This document shows positions 20,852 to 30,231 of a DNA stretch of 64,000 nt, one piece after another; position 1 is the stretch's first letter, and the number at the start of each line of letters is the position of its first letter. The notes below the pieces were generated by a model, which saw only the letters and a list, made by a program, of their open reading frames with translations, did no database searches and was not told the DNA's origin. Made by a program: the position numbers and the translations under genes. The stretch comes from Candidatus Heimdallarchaeota archaeon (GTDB lineage: Archaea; Asgardarchaeota; Heimdallarchaeia; Heimdallarchaeales; Heimdallarchaeaceae): the NCBI GenBank assembly GCA_019057815.1, contig JAHLWR010000010.1, positions 1 to 64,000 of the forward strand. Direction: 5' to 3'.

Positions 20852-22291
20852 TTGAAAATCACTCAAATTAAAATTGATAATCTGTTTGGTTATTTGAATC
20901 ACACAATTGATTTTAATTCAGCAAAAGATGTAACACTTATATTTGGCTTAAATGGGGCTGGTAAAACCACAATATTGCGATTAATATATGACATTATTAA
21001 AGGGAGAAGTATTTACGATTATTTATTTGATAGAATCCAAATCGAATTTGATAATTCTGAGAAATTGATAATTTTGAGGAAACCTATAGATATAAAATAT
21101 TTTACTTTCAATCCATTTTTTGAACATATTTACACATATTACTGTGGAAAAGAAATCTCATTCTCAAAAGGTCCTTATTATATTGATAATGAAAAAAAAG
21201 GAAAAATGATAGAACTAACAGCTAAAACCTTGAAAGAAGATAGTAAACAAAAAGAAATTTACTTTCAAGAAATTAACAAAATGCATGAAGAAACTATTAA
21301 GATAAACGAGATAAAACAAAAAGAATATGAGAAAATAACACAAACAAAAAATCAGCTTTCAAGAAATAGAGAAGAATTTGAAAGTTCATTATCTGTATAT
21401 CTTCAAGAGCTAGAAAAAACTAAGAGATCTTATAAAGAAATAGAAAAAAAACTTCAATTAATTCCAATATCAATTATTCAAACTCAAAGGCTTAGAGCTG
21501 TCGATTTAATTTTAGAATGGTTTGTTGGTCCTGCTCCCGATATAATGGAACCTGATACCTTTAAAGAATTCACCAATATCATACTTTCAATTAATTTTGA
21601 TTTGATAAAAAAATTCAAGAGGTTAATGCAAGAATCAGAGGATAGATTGCAAGAATACTTCATAAATTATCATAAAATGCTTGAAGAATATTTGGAAAAT
21701 AGAAGATATCAAGATACTTCTAAGGAGGAACTGTTACTTGAAATAGAACATCTTAAAAGTGAAATCATGAACTACCATAGAGTTGGTTTTATAGATACCA
21801 AGATATTAGAAGGACGTCTTTTAATTATTGAACAGACACTACCAGAGATTAATTTTGGTGAGGTTTGTTTTGTAATAGATGAAGTAAAAAGACATTTAAA
21901 TCCTTATAAGGAGATAATGGATTCAATAGCTCTATTTAAAAAATTAATCAACAATAGATTTCATCGAAAAAAGATTGATGTAACAATAGATGATGGAATT
22001 ATAGTTTATTCAAAAGATGAAAAGGAAATACCTTTGAATTCTATATCATCTGGAGAAAAGAATCTTGTTATAGTTTTTTATAAATTGATATTTGAGATAC
22101 ATAGAAATTCATTTGTAATCATAGATGAACCTGAAATATCACTTCATGTTGCTTGGCAAGAGGAATTCATCAATGATCTTTTAAAAATTCAGAAATTCAC
22201 AGAACACTATTTTCTTGTTGCTACTCATTCTCCTCAAATTATCTGTGATCATTGGGATTTAACTGTTGGTTTGGAGATTGACAATGAGTAG
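20852..22291 (+). CDS. ariA: ABC-type AAA_15/AAA_21 ATPase, PARIS AriA-like
   Basis: GLNGAGKT, ISSGEK, IIDEPEISLH..WQ and ATHSP; overlaps the DUF4435 gene. Confidence 0.75.
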   Translation: MKITQIKIDNLFGYLNHTIDFNSAKDVTLIFGLNGAGKTTILRLIYDIIKGRSIYDYLFDRIQIEFDNSEKLIILRKPIDIKYFTFNPFFEHIYTYYCGKEISFSKGPYYIDNEKKGKMIELTAKTLKEDSKQKEIYFQEINKMHEETIKINEIKQKEYEKITQTKNQLSRNREEFESSLSVYLQELEKTKRSYKEIEKKLQLIPISIIQTQRLRAVDLILEWFVGPAPDIMEPDTFKEFTNIILSINFDLIKKFKRLMQESEDRLQEYFINYHKMLEEYLENRRYQDTSKEELLLEIEHLKSEIMNYHRVGFIDTKILEGRLLIIEQTLPEINFGEVCFVIDEVKRHLNPYKEIMDSIALFKKLINNRFHRKKIDVTIDDGIIVYSKDEKEIPLNSISSGEKNLVIVFYKLIFEIHRNSFVIIDEPEISLHVAWQEEFINDLLKIQKFTEHYFLVATHSPQIICDHWDLTVGLEIDNE

Positions 22292-23165
22292 CTATACTAG
22301 AACAAAGCGACCAATTGATATCTCTCCATCATCTGAATTTACAGCAATAAAAATTAAACGTCAAGATTTTGATGGTAGCTTTTTACTAGTAGAAGGAATA
22401 ACAGATTCGAAATTATTCAGAAAATTATTGGATTGTAACAGCTGTAATATCAGACCAGTGGAAGGGAAAGAAAATGTATTAGAAATTATAAAATTAGCTA
22501 ATAAATCCTTTGAACCAGGAATCCTGTCCATAATAGATGCAGATTTTGATCATATTTCAGGGTTTGAATATGAACATACAAATATCTTACGCACAGAAAC
22601 CTATGATTTAGAAGGTTTGATGCTTAAATCAAAAGCTCTGGATTTTCTATTAGAGGAAAAATCTGATAAACAAAAATTAAAAAAATTTCTTCAAGAGAAG
22701 AATATAAGAACAATTCTACTATCAAAAGCTCAATCAATTGGTTATCTACGATTAACAAGTTTAGAAAGCAATTGGAAAATCAAATTCAGCAATATGCAAT
22801 TTGATAGATTCGTAGAAAAAGAGACACTTGAAATCATATTGGATGAACTTGTTTCTGCTGTCAGAGATATCACTCTTTATGGAGATTTTTACAAAGAAGA
22901 TATGTTAGAAATAATAAAAATTCTTGAGAACTTCAAATCCCCTACAGATGATCTGTGGCTAATATGTAACGGTCATGATTTAATGAATATTTTATCAATT
23001 GGGTTGAAATTTATTTTCGGAAAAATAGGAAAAGAATTTCATACTAAAGAAATTGAATGGAAGCTAAGAGATTACTATAACTTGAGCTATTTTAAAACTA
23101 CACAGTTATATAATTGTTTGAGAACATGGGAAGAAAGGAATAAACCTTACAAAGTTTTAAAATGA
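22284..23165 (+). CDS. ariB: DUF4435 TOPRIM nuclease, PARIS AriB-like
   Basis: LVEGITD, GKENV, IIDADFD, YDLE and CNGHDL; ATG at 22284. Confidence 0.75.
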   Translation: MSSYTRTKRPIDISPSSEFTAIKIKRQDFDGSFLLVEGITDSKLFRKLLDCNSCNIRPVEGKENVLEIIKLANKSFEPGILSIIDADFDHISGFEYEHTNILRTETYDLEGLMLKSKALDFLLEEKSDKQKLKKFLQEKNIRTILLSKAQSIGYLRLTSLESNWKIKFSNMQFDRFVEKETLEIILDELVSAVRDITLYGDFYKEDMLEIIKILENFKSPTDDLWLICNGHDLMNILSIGLKFIFGKIGKEFHTKEIEWKLRDYYNLSYFKTTQLYNCLRTWEERNKPYKVLK

Positions 23166-23289
23166 GTAAATTAACCAACACATAACTAACTAAAAAAAGT
23201 TAAATGATTCTTACATATCCCAACCACAGATTTTTTTTATAAATGTTTATAAGAGCACATTATCAATTGCAGCCAGGAGATATATCTAG

Positions 23290-23560
23290 TTGATATTTAA
23301 AATAGAAGAATTCAAATCTAAAGAAGCTCCAGATGATTTTCTGGGATGGTTATTTCGAATTTACATAAACTAATCACAAGTATCACAATCCTATTGATCC
23401 TTTACCTAACAGAGAAGCTATCATCCAAAGTCAGAAAGCTGATATCCCTAATTATCATGTTAAACGTTGGTTAGCTTTTACTCCTGAAGATAAAATCGTT
23501 GGCTGGGCAAGGTTTTGGAGCTATTACTGAAACCTCTTCCGAATATGCAGAAAAATACAG
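23290..23560 (+). pseudogene. Decayed N-terminal fragment, possibly a GNAT acetyltransferase
   Basis: Broken frames give FKIEEFKSKEAPDDF..PIDPLPNREAIIQSQKADIPNYHVKRWLAFTPEDKIVGWA behind an AGGAG. Confidence 0.35.
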
Positions 23561-24343
23561 TCTTTGGATTTATTGAATTGTTATTTTAGTTTGCTATTTC
23601 ATCTAGTTTTTCAAATATTTCGTTAACTGCATCAACAAGTTCGTCAATCTTATCTATTACATTGTCAAGATAAAGACGAAATAATCAGATGAATTCATAG
23701 CTGTTTGTGTGTGCCTTCTTAAACTATTTCTATCAAAAGGGTTAATTTTTCTCTTTTTATAAGACAGATTTGCTGATTTATCTAATGAATTCATATTCCT
23801 GATTCACGAAATTGTTATATACAAAAAAACCTAATTATAAAGGGTTAAAGAATGGCAACAACAAAGGAAGAAGACGATACTGATGAGAACTTCAGTGAAG
23901 AAAAACAGATCTCCAAATTACAGCAATATAGAACTGAAACAAGTTGCTGCAAAAAGGAAATTTTCAATTTTTCATTATTTTGAAAACAAGTACTCAAATC
24001 CCTTAAATGAGTAATTATTCTTTTGTTCTTACCAATTTTCTTCTCCCAGAGTTTTTCATGTTTCATTAATTTTGCAAAAGTCTAGAGAAAATGAAGAAAA
24101 AGAAAATGAAGATTAAAATTTAAATGCAATTTCTATATTCTTAATCAACTAATCAATGGATGTAATTCTATTGTTTCAATTTATCTGGACAACAATCCTT
24201 GGAGAGAAAAATCTTTAGTGACACCAAACTAAAAGCATACTTACCTTGACATTTCTTCCCTTCTAGTTTAAGCTAAATAGTATTCGATAAATTTATTAAC
24301 TTATAAACAATTTAATGGATTATCAATACATGTGGTGAAAAAA

Positions 24344-26065
24344 ATGGAGATATCAACTGATAAAAAAGAGCTCAATATTCTTGTGAAAAAATCTATTAAA
24401 GGTGAAATAGTATTACCCCAATTTCAAAGAAACTTTGTATGGGCTAGAGATGATATTCAAGACCTTCTTGTCTCTATTACTAAAGGCTATTTTATTGGGA
24501 GTTTTCTCTTAATTAGAGTAGATAAAGATAATTTACCATTTCAGCCACGGTCAATAGCTGGTTTAAATTTAAGAGGAGATGAATTAAAACCTGAATGGAT
24601 GGTTCTAGATGGTCAGCAAAGGCTTACGTCTTTAGTTTACGTATTCACTGCTCCTAATATAAACCTAAAAGGAACAAAGTATCCTTACCGATTTTACCTT
24701 GATCTTAAGAAACTTTCTAGTGGAAATATAGAGGAAGCTATCTGGAGTAAAAGAGTGGATTATTGTGATGAATATGAAGAAGAGGAATACCAGTTTGAGA
24801 ATAGAGTAATCCCATTTACTAGAATTCTTGGTGATTGGGAAGGCTGGTGTGCAAAGTATATGAAATGGTTAATTAATAGAAACAAAAATGATATTTTAAC
24901 CAATGTTGTGGGAAGCGTTAAACCTGGTTGGGACAAATGGATAAAAAATATCAGAGAAAAATTGATACCTATCATAGAAATTCCTAAAGTAAAACCGGAT
25001 AATAAAAACGACATTGGAGAGGTTTGTGCTATTTTTGAAAAAATTAATAGTACTGGTGTTCTTTTATCAGTTTATGATTTATTGACAGCTAGGTTATACA
25101 TACACGATATCGACTTACATAAATTATGGCAAGAGTCTATCTCTCAACACGAAATGTTAAATTCCATTTCAGATGGTAAACCAGACTATTATGGCGTGCT
25201 CATTTTACGTATTATCGCATTGAAACGGGGTTTGGATGTAAAAGGTTCTACTATTATAAATCTCGAACCTAAAAATCTTGAAAAGGATTGGAAAACTGCT
25301 GCAACGTATTTTGAAAAGGCTCTTGAAAGAATAAAGTCTACAAATCAAGATGGCTTTGGAGCTTTTCAATCTAAGTGGATTCCATATTCAACAATGATAC
25401 CTGTCTTAGCTGCTTTGCAATGGAACATTAAAATGGATAAGAGGAATCATAAGGTATATGAATTTACTAAAAAATGGTACTGGGCGTCTGTTTTCTTAGA
25501 AAGATATAGTGGATCTGTAGAGTCAACTTCCTACAGAGACTATACTGATATGATCAAGTTATTTAATGATAGAACTTCTAAACCTGAATTCTTCAATGAA
25601 GTTGATATTCAAATAACCAAAAATCCTAATTTCACGATACGTAATGTGAATAGAATTAATGTTATTTACAAAGGCATAATTAATCTTATTGCACTTAATG
25701 GTGCTAAAGATTTCATAAAAAATGATGCAATTGAATTTCATGACCTTGATGACCATCATATTTTCCCAAAAGCGTTTTTAGGAAAGATGAAAACAAAAGA
25801 TGGAAAGAATAGATATGAGAGAGATCAAATTAACACAGTATTGAATAAAACATTAATAATTTCAGAAACTAATAGGATAATATCGAAGAGATCCCCATCA
25901 AGTTATATAAAGAATTTAATTCCTAAAGAAAAGAAAATTGAGATTTTACAAACACACTTTATTTCTGAAACAGCTGTAAAAAAACTAGAAAAAGATGATT
26001 ATGAAGAATTTTTAAATGAGAGAGAGAGAATCATTATTGAGAAATTAAAGGAGAAATTAATTTAA
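24344..26065 (+). CDS. GmrSD-like type IV restriction protein (DUF262 + HNH-like C-terminus)
   Basis: PQFQRNFVW, LDGQQRLTS and FEKINSTG; C-terminal DDHHIFPK..N..N. Confidence 0.85.
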   Translation: MEISTDKKELNILVKKSIKGEIVLPQFQRNFVWARDDIQDLLVSITKGYFIGSFLLIRVDKDNLPFQPRSIAGLNLRGDELKPEWMVLDGQQRLTSLVYVFTAPNINLKGTKYPYRFYLDLKKLSSGNIEEAIWSKRVDYCDEYEEEEYQFENRVIPFTRILGDWEGWCAKYMKWLINRNKNDILTNVVGSVKPGWDKWIKNIREKLIPIIEIPKVKPDNKNDIGEVCAIFEKINSTGVLLSVYDLLTARLYIHDIDLHKLWQESISQHEMLNSISDGKPDYYGVLILRIIALKRGLDVKGSTIINLEPKNLEKDWKTAATYFEKALERIKSTNQDGFGAFQSKWIPYSTMIPVLAALQWNIKMDKRNHKVYEFTKKWYWASVFLERYSGSVESTSYRDYTDMIKLFNDRTSKPEFFNEVDIQITKNPNFTIRNVNRINVIYKGIINLIALNGAKDFIKNDAIEFHDLDDHHIFPKAFLGKMKTKDGKNRYERDQINTVLNKTLIISETNRIISKRSPSSYIKNLIPKEKKIEILQTHFISETAVKKLEKDDYEEFLNERERIIIEKLKEKLI

Positions 26066-26197
26066 TGCGAATTTTAGTTGCTTTTGATAAGAAGAGAGAT
26101 AAATTTATGGAGAATCAGGGATTAGATATCTTACGATATAAAATAATCATTTAAAGACACTATTAAATATTCAAAAAATACTATTAGCTATTTATTT

Positions 26198-27357
26198 TTA
26201 TACTAATTTCAATAAATCCTCATCTGGGTCGTATTCTCGTAATTTTCCTGAGTATAGTATATTTTCTGTTGATAATATTCCTAGATGTATTAGGTGCTTC
26301 TTAAATGTGAAAACTGTCGAATGAGTTATAGTTTCCCGTAAAACTCTCTCTTCTTCATAGATACTCTTTTCTTCCCCTTCTGATAAATTCTCAATACTTC
26401 TTCTTTCTTATTCTTTGGACAGAAGAGATTTATGAATAGGTTTGGTTTATTCTTTACTATTTCTTCTACTAACTCCTTGAAACTCATTTCTTTCCTTTTC
26501 TGCTTTTCAAATACCTTCATCAATTCCATAAACAGCTCATTCTTATTATAGAGCATTTTCAGCGTTATAGCTATTTCTGGATACTCTGTCATCAACGATA
26601 CTCCCTTCTTTCTACTCGTTTCTTTCTTTATCTCTTCCAATTTCTCTAACTTATCTAATCTTTCTAGTTGCATTATTCTCTTTAGAACAAACCCTTCATC
26701 TGTTATTCTTAATTCTCCTGCTTCTTCTTTTATCAAACCTATTATCTGTGCTCCTCTAATCAGCTCCCCTATTGCTTGAATATTGTAAGCTTCCAATTCT
26801 TCTTCTACTTCCTTTCTCGCTCTCCAATCAGAACTAACAAATATCAACGGTGCTAGATAATTTACTATATGGTTTCTTGTCAAGTCTGTTAACCTCTTCT
26901 GTGATGAAACCATATCTTTACTTAGAATTAACAGCTCTCTCTTTGTGTCTTCTAGGAAATGTACACGAAAAGGCTCTAAAGGATCAACCTTTCTAATCTC
27001 TGTTTCAGTAACAAAAATAGATCCAATATTTCCTTGTTTTAATGCTACTTGGAAGTTCTGCAAAGATTTCTCTTCAGCTGCTAAATAAGCTAAGTGTGAG
27101 CCTTCTTTGTAAGTTAGAGCTTGACCTATACCTTTTTGGATATCTCTTGTTCCTTTAGCTTCAATAGATATAACATCTTCAAATTGGTTGAAACCTATTA
27201 AATCTGGCGTGAATCCTTTAATTGTTATGCTGTGTCTAGGATAATCTTTTGGATTGAGTTTTGCATAAGCAGGATGGTTGTCTATCCATAACTGATAGTT
27301 TGATTCCTCAAGTAAAAAATCAAATGTTTTCCTAACAACTTCTACCTCTTCCATCAC
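26198..27357 (-). pseudogene. Copy 3 of the repeated nuclease gene with a 1-nt frameshift near the 3' end
   Basis: Highly similar to copy 2; 1-nt deletion at about 26375; the other frame continues EKSIYEEERVLRETITHSTVFTFKKHLIHLGIL..YDPDEDLLKLV to a stop at 26198. Confidence 0.85.
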
Positions 27358-27679
27358 TCAAATTAGAGGTTTACATTTAAAATTATTTCTATGGATTCTT
27401 TAAGAACAATTAATTTGATTTAAGGTGAGATTATAAAAAATCTTCAAGCTACTTCAAATGAGTTTATTAATGTCGAAAGAAAACTTCGACTTAGTTTTGT
27501 TTATAGGAGAAAAGGATAAAACCGTAATATAATTATTTTGATAATAATAATAATAATTATTTTCGGATACTTAGTGCAAGAGTATATCGTTATTAATTTT
27601 AGTAGATTGTTCCTATTTATTAACATTATACATATTTATATATTGAAATACTTACAACAATATGATAGAGTGATAATCA

Positions 27680-27863
27680 ATGATTGAAAAACAAAAAATT
27701 GTTTGGTTAAACTCTGAACTATACACTTAATTGGATATTATTCAAGCTGCGATGAAAAAAAAAGAGTTTCAATGATACAATAGATTATCTTGTAGAATAC
27801 CTCGTTGAGCAGGAAGGAATCCAGCTAGAGCAATTATCCATTCTAACAGAATTAGGGGTATGA
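27680..27863 (+). pseudogene. Disrupted small ribbon-helix-helix/antitoxin-like regulator
   Basis: MIEKQKIVWLNSELYT*LDIIQAAMKKK/SFNDTIDYLVE; an in-frame TAA plus an A9 frameshift; ends 3 nt before the next gene. Confidence 0.5.
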
Positions 27864-27866
27864 AAA

Positions 27867-28202
27867 ATGGAAGTAATAGATTATTACATGAAAGTCTATG
27901 GGAAACTTGATGCAACAATAAAAGTCACATGCGATTGTGGTAATACTTTGTCAGGAGCAGAAAGTATAAATGAACTTGAATATATAAGAGAAGATTATCA
28001 TCAAAACTTCTTGATAGAATGTGACAAATGTAAAAAAACTTACGCTGTTATGTTTGTATTTAGTCATAAAATGAAACCATTCAAATCAATTTTATTGGGA
28101 ACAAATTTAGATGAAAATGAAAAAACAATACAATACGAAGAATGGATAGAAAACACCTATGATGAATGGTCCAAAGTTATTGAGGGGGGATTAGTTAAAT
28201 GA
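27867..28202 (+). CDS. Small Zn-ribbon protein
   Basis: CDCG and CDKC pairs; ATGA overlap with the next gene. Confidence 0.7.
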   Translation: MEVIDYYMKVYGKLDATIKVTCDCGNTLSGAESINELEYIREDYHQNFLIECDKCKKTYAVMFVFSHKMKPFKSILLGTNLDENEKTIQYEEWIENTYDEWSKVIEGGLVK

Positions 28203-29026
28203 CAACTGGAGTAGAAATATACATTGATGAAATAAGAGTTTTGGGAGAAACCATCAGAGATGCTATACGCGCTAATGATATCATAATTTTGAGGGGAATC
28301 CAAGCAATGGAATCCTCCATTTGGAATAAAATCCGTGCATCAGAGAGTATTGTTTCAACAATAATAACCAATGCTTATGACAAACTAAATCCAAGTGATT
28401 CAAACAGAGACAAAGCAAGTAAAATACAAACACATATCATGAAAGAATGGAAAAATAAATGGTATGGGGTTTCAGCTGAAAATATCCTTGAAACATTAGA
28501 AGAATTAGAGCGGTTAGAACTGGTTAATCTCCATATGCGTGACTACATTAACCGACAGGGAGAAGAAGCCTCTGCGCCTTATAAAGTGTCGTTAAAACCT
28601 ATCTGGGATGATGTCATAGAGGAAATGCACAAAGAAGGTGGTGATAGAGTAATCTTTGCTTCTTCAATAGGAAAACTTATTGGATTATCAATAGCTGGTA
28701 ACAGACCTGATGTTGCAGGAAGAAGAATATATGGTGTAGAAGCATGGAGACCAGTTGCTGTTGCTACAAGGAAAGCAAGCTCTGAACCTGATGGATGTAT
28801 TCCAAAAGAAGAACTTGAAGATATATTTGTAAGTACAACAACACATGGTAAGAGAAAATACATCGATATGAGGGAAAGAGATAAAGCTAAAGCTGAAGAA
28901 ATACGATTTATTACTGATGATAAAGGTGCATATGTTACAATTAATAGAAATGCTATACTTGCGTATGAACGCATAGTTACAAATGCACGTAGACTAACAC
29001 AACAGAGGTTTATAGATGACAAATAA
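28199..29026 (+). CDS. Hypothetical protein, possible winged-helix
   Basis: 275-aa ORF coupled to both neighbours; ILETLEELERLELV wHTH-like helix. Confidence 0.65.
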   Translation: MTTGVEIYIDEIRVLGETIRDAIRANDIIILRGIQAMESSIWNKIRASESIVSTIITNAYDKLNPSDSNRDKASKIQTHIMKEWKNKWYGVSAENILETLEELERLELVNLHMRDYINRQGEEASAPYKVSLKPIWDDVIEEMHKEGGDRVIFASSIGKLIGLSIAGNRPDVAGRRIYGVEAWRPVAVATRKASSEPDGCIPKEELEDIFVSTTTHGKRKYIDMRERDKAKAEEIRFITDDKGAYVTINRNAILAYERIVTNARRLTQQRFIDDK

Positions 29027-29717
29027 ACAAGATGAATTTTTAGTGTTGAATCCAATTGATATAAGAACAGATATCATCCAACTAAAAGGCAGAAAATACA
29101 ATGAAATCTACGATCTGGTTAAAAAAATAATCAGTCATCAATTTCAACGAAACATCGAAAATGGAATAAAAGGCTTCATTTTTCATGGAGATGTTGGTAC
29201 AGGGAAAACAACGATGGCTAAAGCTTTAAGCAAAGATTTGAACCTTCCTCTGTTTTTTGTTGATGGTATTGATATAGCTAGAAGCCTATATGGTCAGAGT
29301 GAAAGACAAATCGGTACATTATTTGAAATAGCTTCATTGAGAAAAAGCATAATACTAATTGATGATGCTGAATCAGTTTTTCCAAAGAGAGATTGGATTA
29401 AAGGTCAATCATGGCATGTGGCCCAAAACAATGTATTTTTCCATAAATTGGATAATGTTAACACAGCAAAAACAAGCGTAATTCTCACAACTAATCGTTA
29501 TGATCTAATGGATAAGGCTGTAAAGGATAGACTCTACTCAATAATGTTTGATTCTCTTGATATTGAAACACTAAAAGAAATTGCAAAGATAAAATGTGTT
29601 GAATTAGGTATAAGGTCAAAGGAAATATTAGAGAAATTAGAATCAAAAAAAGAAGAGTATTCAAGTGTGAGAGCATTAGAAAAGTTAATAAGAAGAAAAT
29701 ATATCGAAGCAATATAA
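29016..29717 (+). CDS. Stand-alone classical-clade AAA+ ATPase
   Basis: GDVGTGKT, pore loop SLYGQSE, Walker B ILIDDAE, and TTNR..MDKAVKDR second region of homology. Confidence 0.9.
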   Translation: MTNKQDEFLVLNPIDIRTDIIQLKGRKYNEIYDLVKKIISHQFQRNIENGIKGFIFHGDVGTGKTTMAKALSKDLNLPLFFVDGIDIARSLYGQSERQIGTLFEIASLRKSIILIDDAESVFPKRDWIKGQSWHVAQNNVFFHKLDNVNTAKTSVILTTNRYDLMDKAVKDRLYSIMFDSLDIETLKEIAKIKCVELGIRSKEILEKLESKKEEYSSVRALEKLIRRKYIEAI

Positions 29718-29754
29718 GACTCGGATTGGAAACCGGGTCTCAAAAGTGTTAGAA

Positions 29755-30126
29755 ATGGTATGGATTTTAATTAATACTCTAAATAAGAATTCATCCCAGC
29801 TTATAAACGAATATTGTAAAAGAAATCCAGAAAAACTGATTGCAAAATTACATTATAAAGTTTTAATATTGAAAAATGATGGTGAAGTACTAGCTTATCT
29901 TGTTAAACTCAAGAAAAGATTTGGCGATTGGGTTGAGTTGTATGTAATTCAACCTTTAGAACTATTTGCGATTCCTGAAAAAATAGTCAGAGTCGGTGAA
30001 TATATGGCAAATCATAAATTAGGCGTTACCACAGAGTATGCAATAAGGCACATACCAGAAATTGAAGATTTGGAGGAATTAAAGAAATGTCAGATAAAAT
30101 TCGAGAGGAAACGGGATATAGAATAG
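29755..30126 (+). CDS. Small hypothetical protein
   Basis: About 123 aa, same strand between the AAA and SMC-like genes; ATG at 29755. Confidence 0.65.
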   Translation: MVWILINTLNKNSSQLINEYCKRNPEKLIAKLHYKVLILKNDGEVLAYLVKLKKRFGDWVELYVIQPLELFAIPEKIVRVGEYMANHKLGVTTEYAIRHIPEIEDLEELKKCQIKFERKRDIE

Positions 30127-30231
30127 TTGATTTATTAAGAAAGAGTAATTTAAACTTGAAAACAAACATGTTAGATAAAAAGAGTGATCAAAGACTTGAC
30201 AAAATTATAGAGGAAGGGTTATCTCAGTGGG

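Noticed and set aside
23560-24330. ORF 23845..24066 and nearby fragments
   Set aside because: No recognisable motif; looks like pseudogene debris
2913-27357. Diversity-generating retroelement explaining the variable 3' ends of the repeated gene
   Set aside because: No reverse transcriptase in the window, and the differences are not confined to adenines; many look synonymous
27472-27560. GTCGAA-N7-TTCGAC inverted repeat and short (ATA)n run upstream of the SMC-like operon
   Set aside because: Too short to distinguish from chance in AT-rich intergenic DNA
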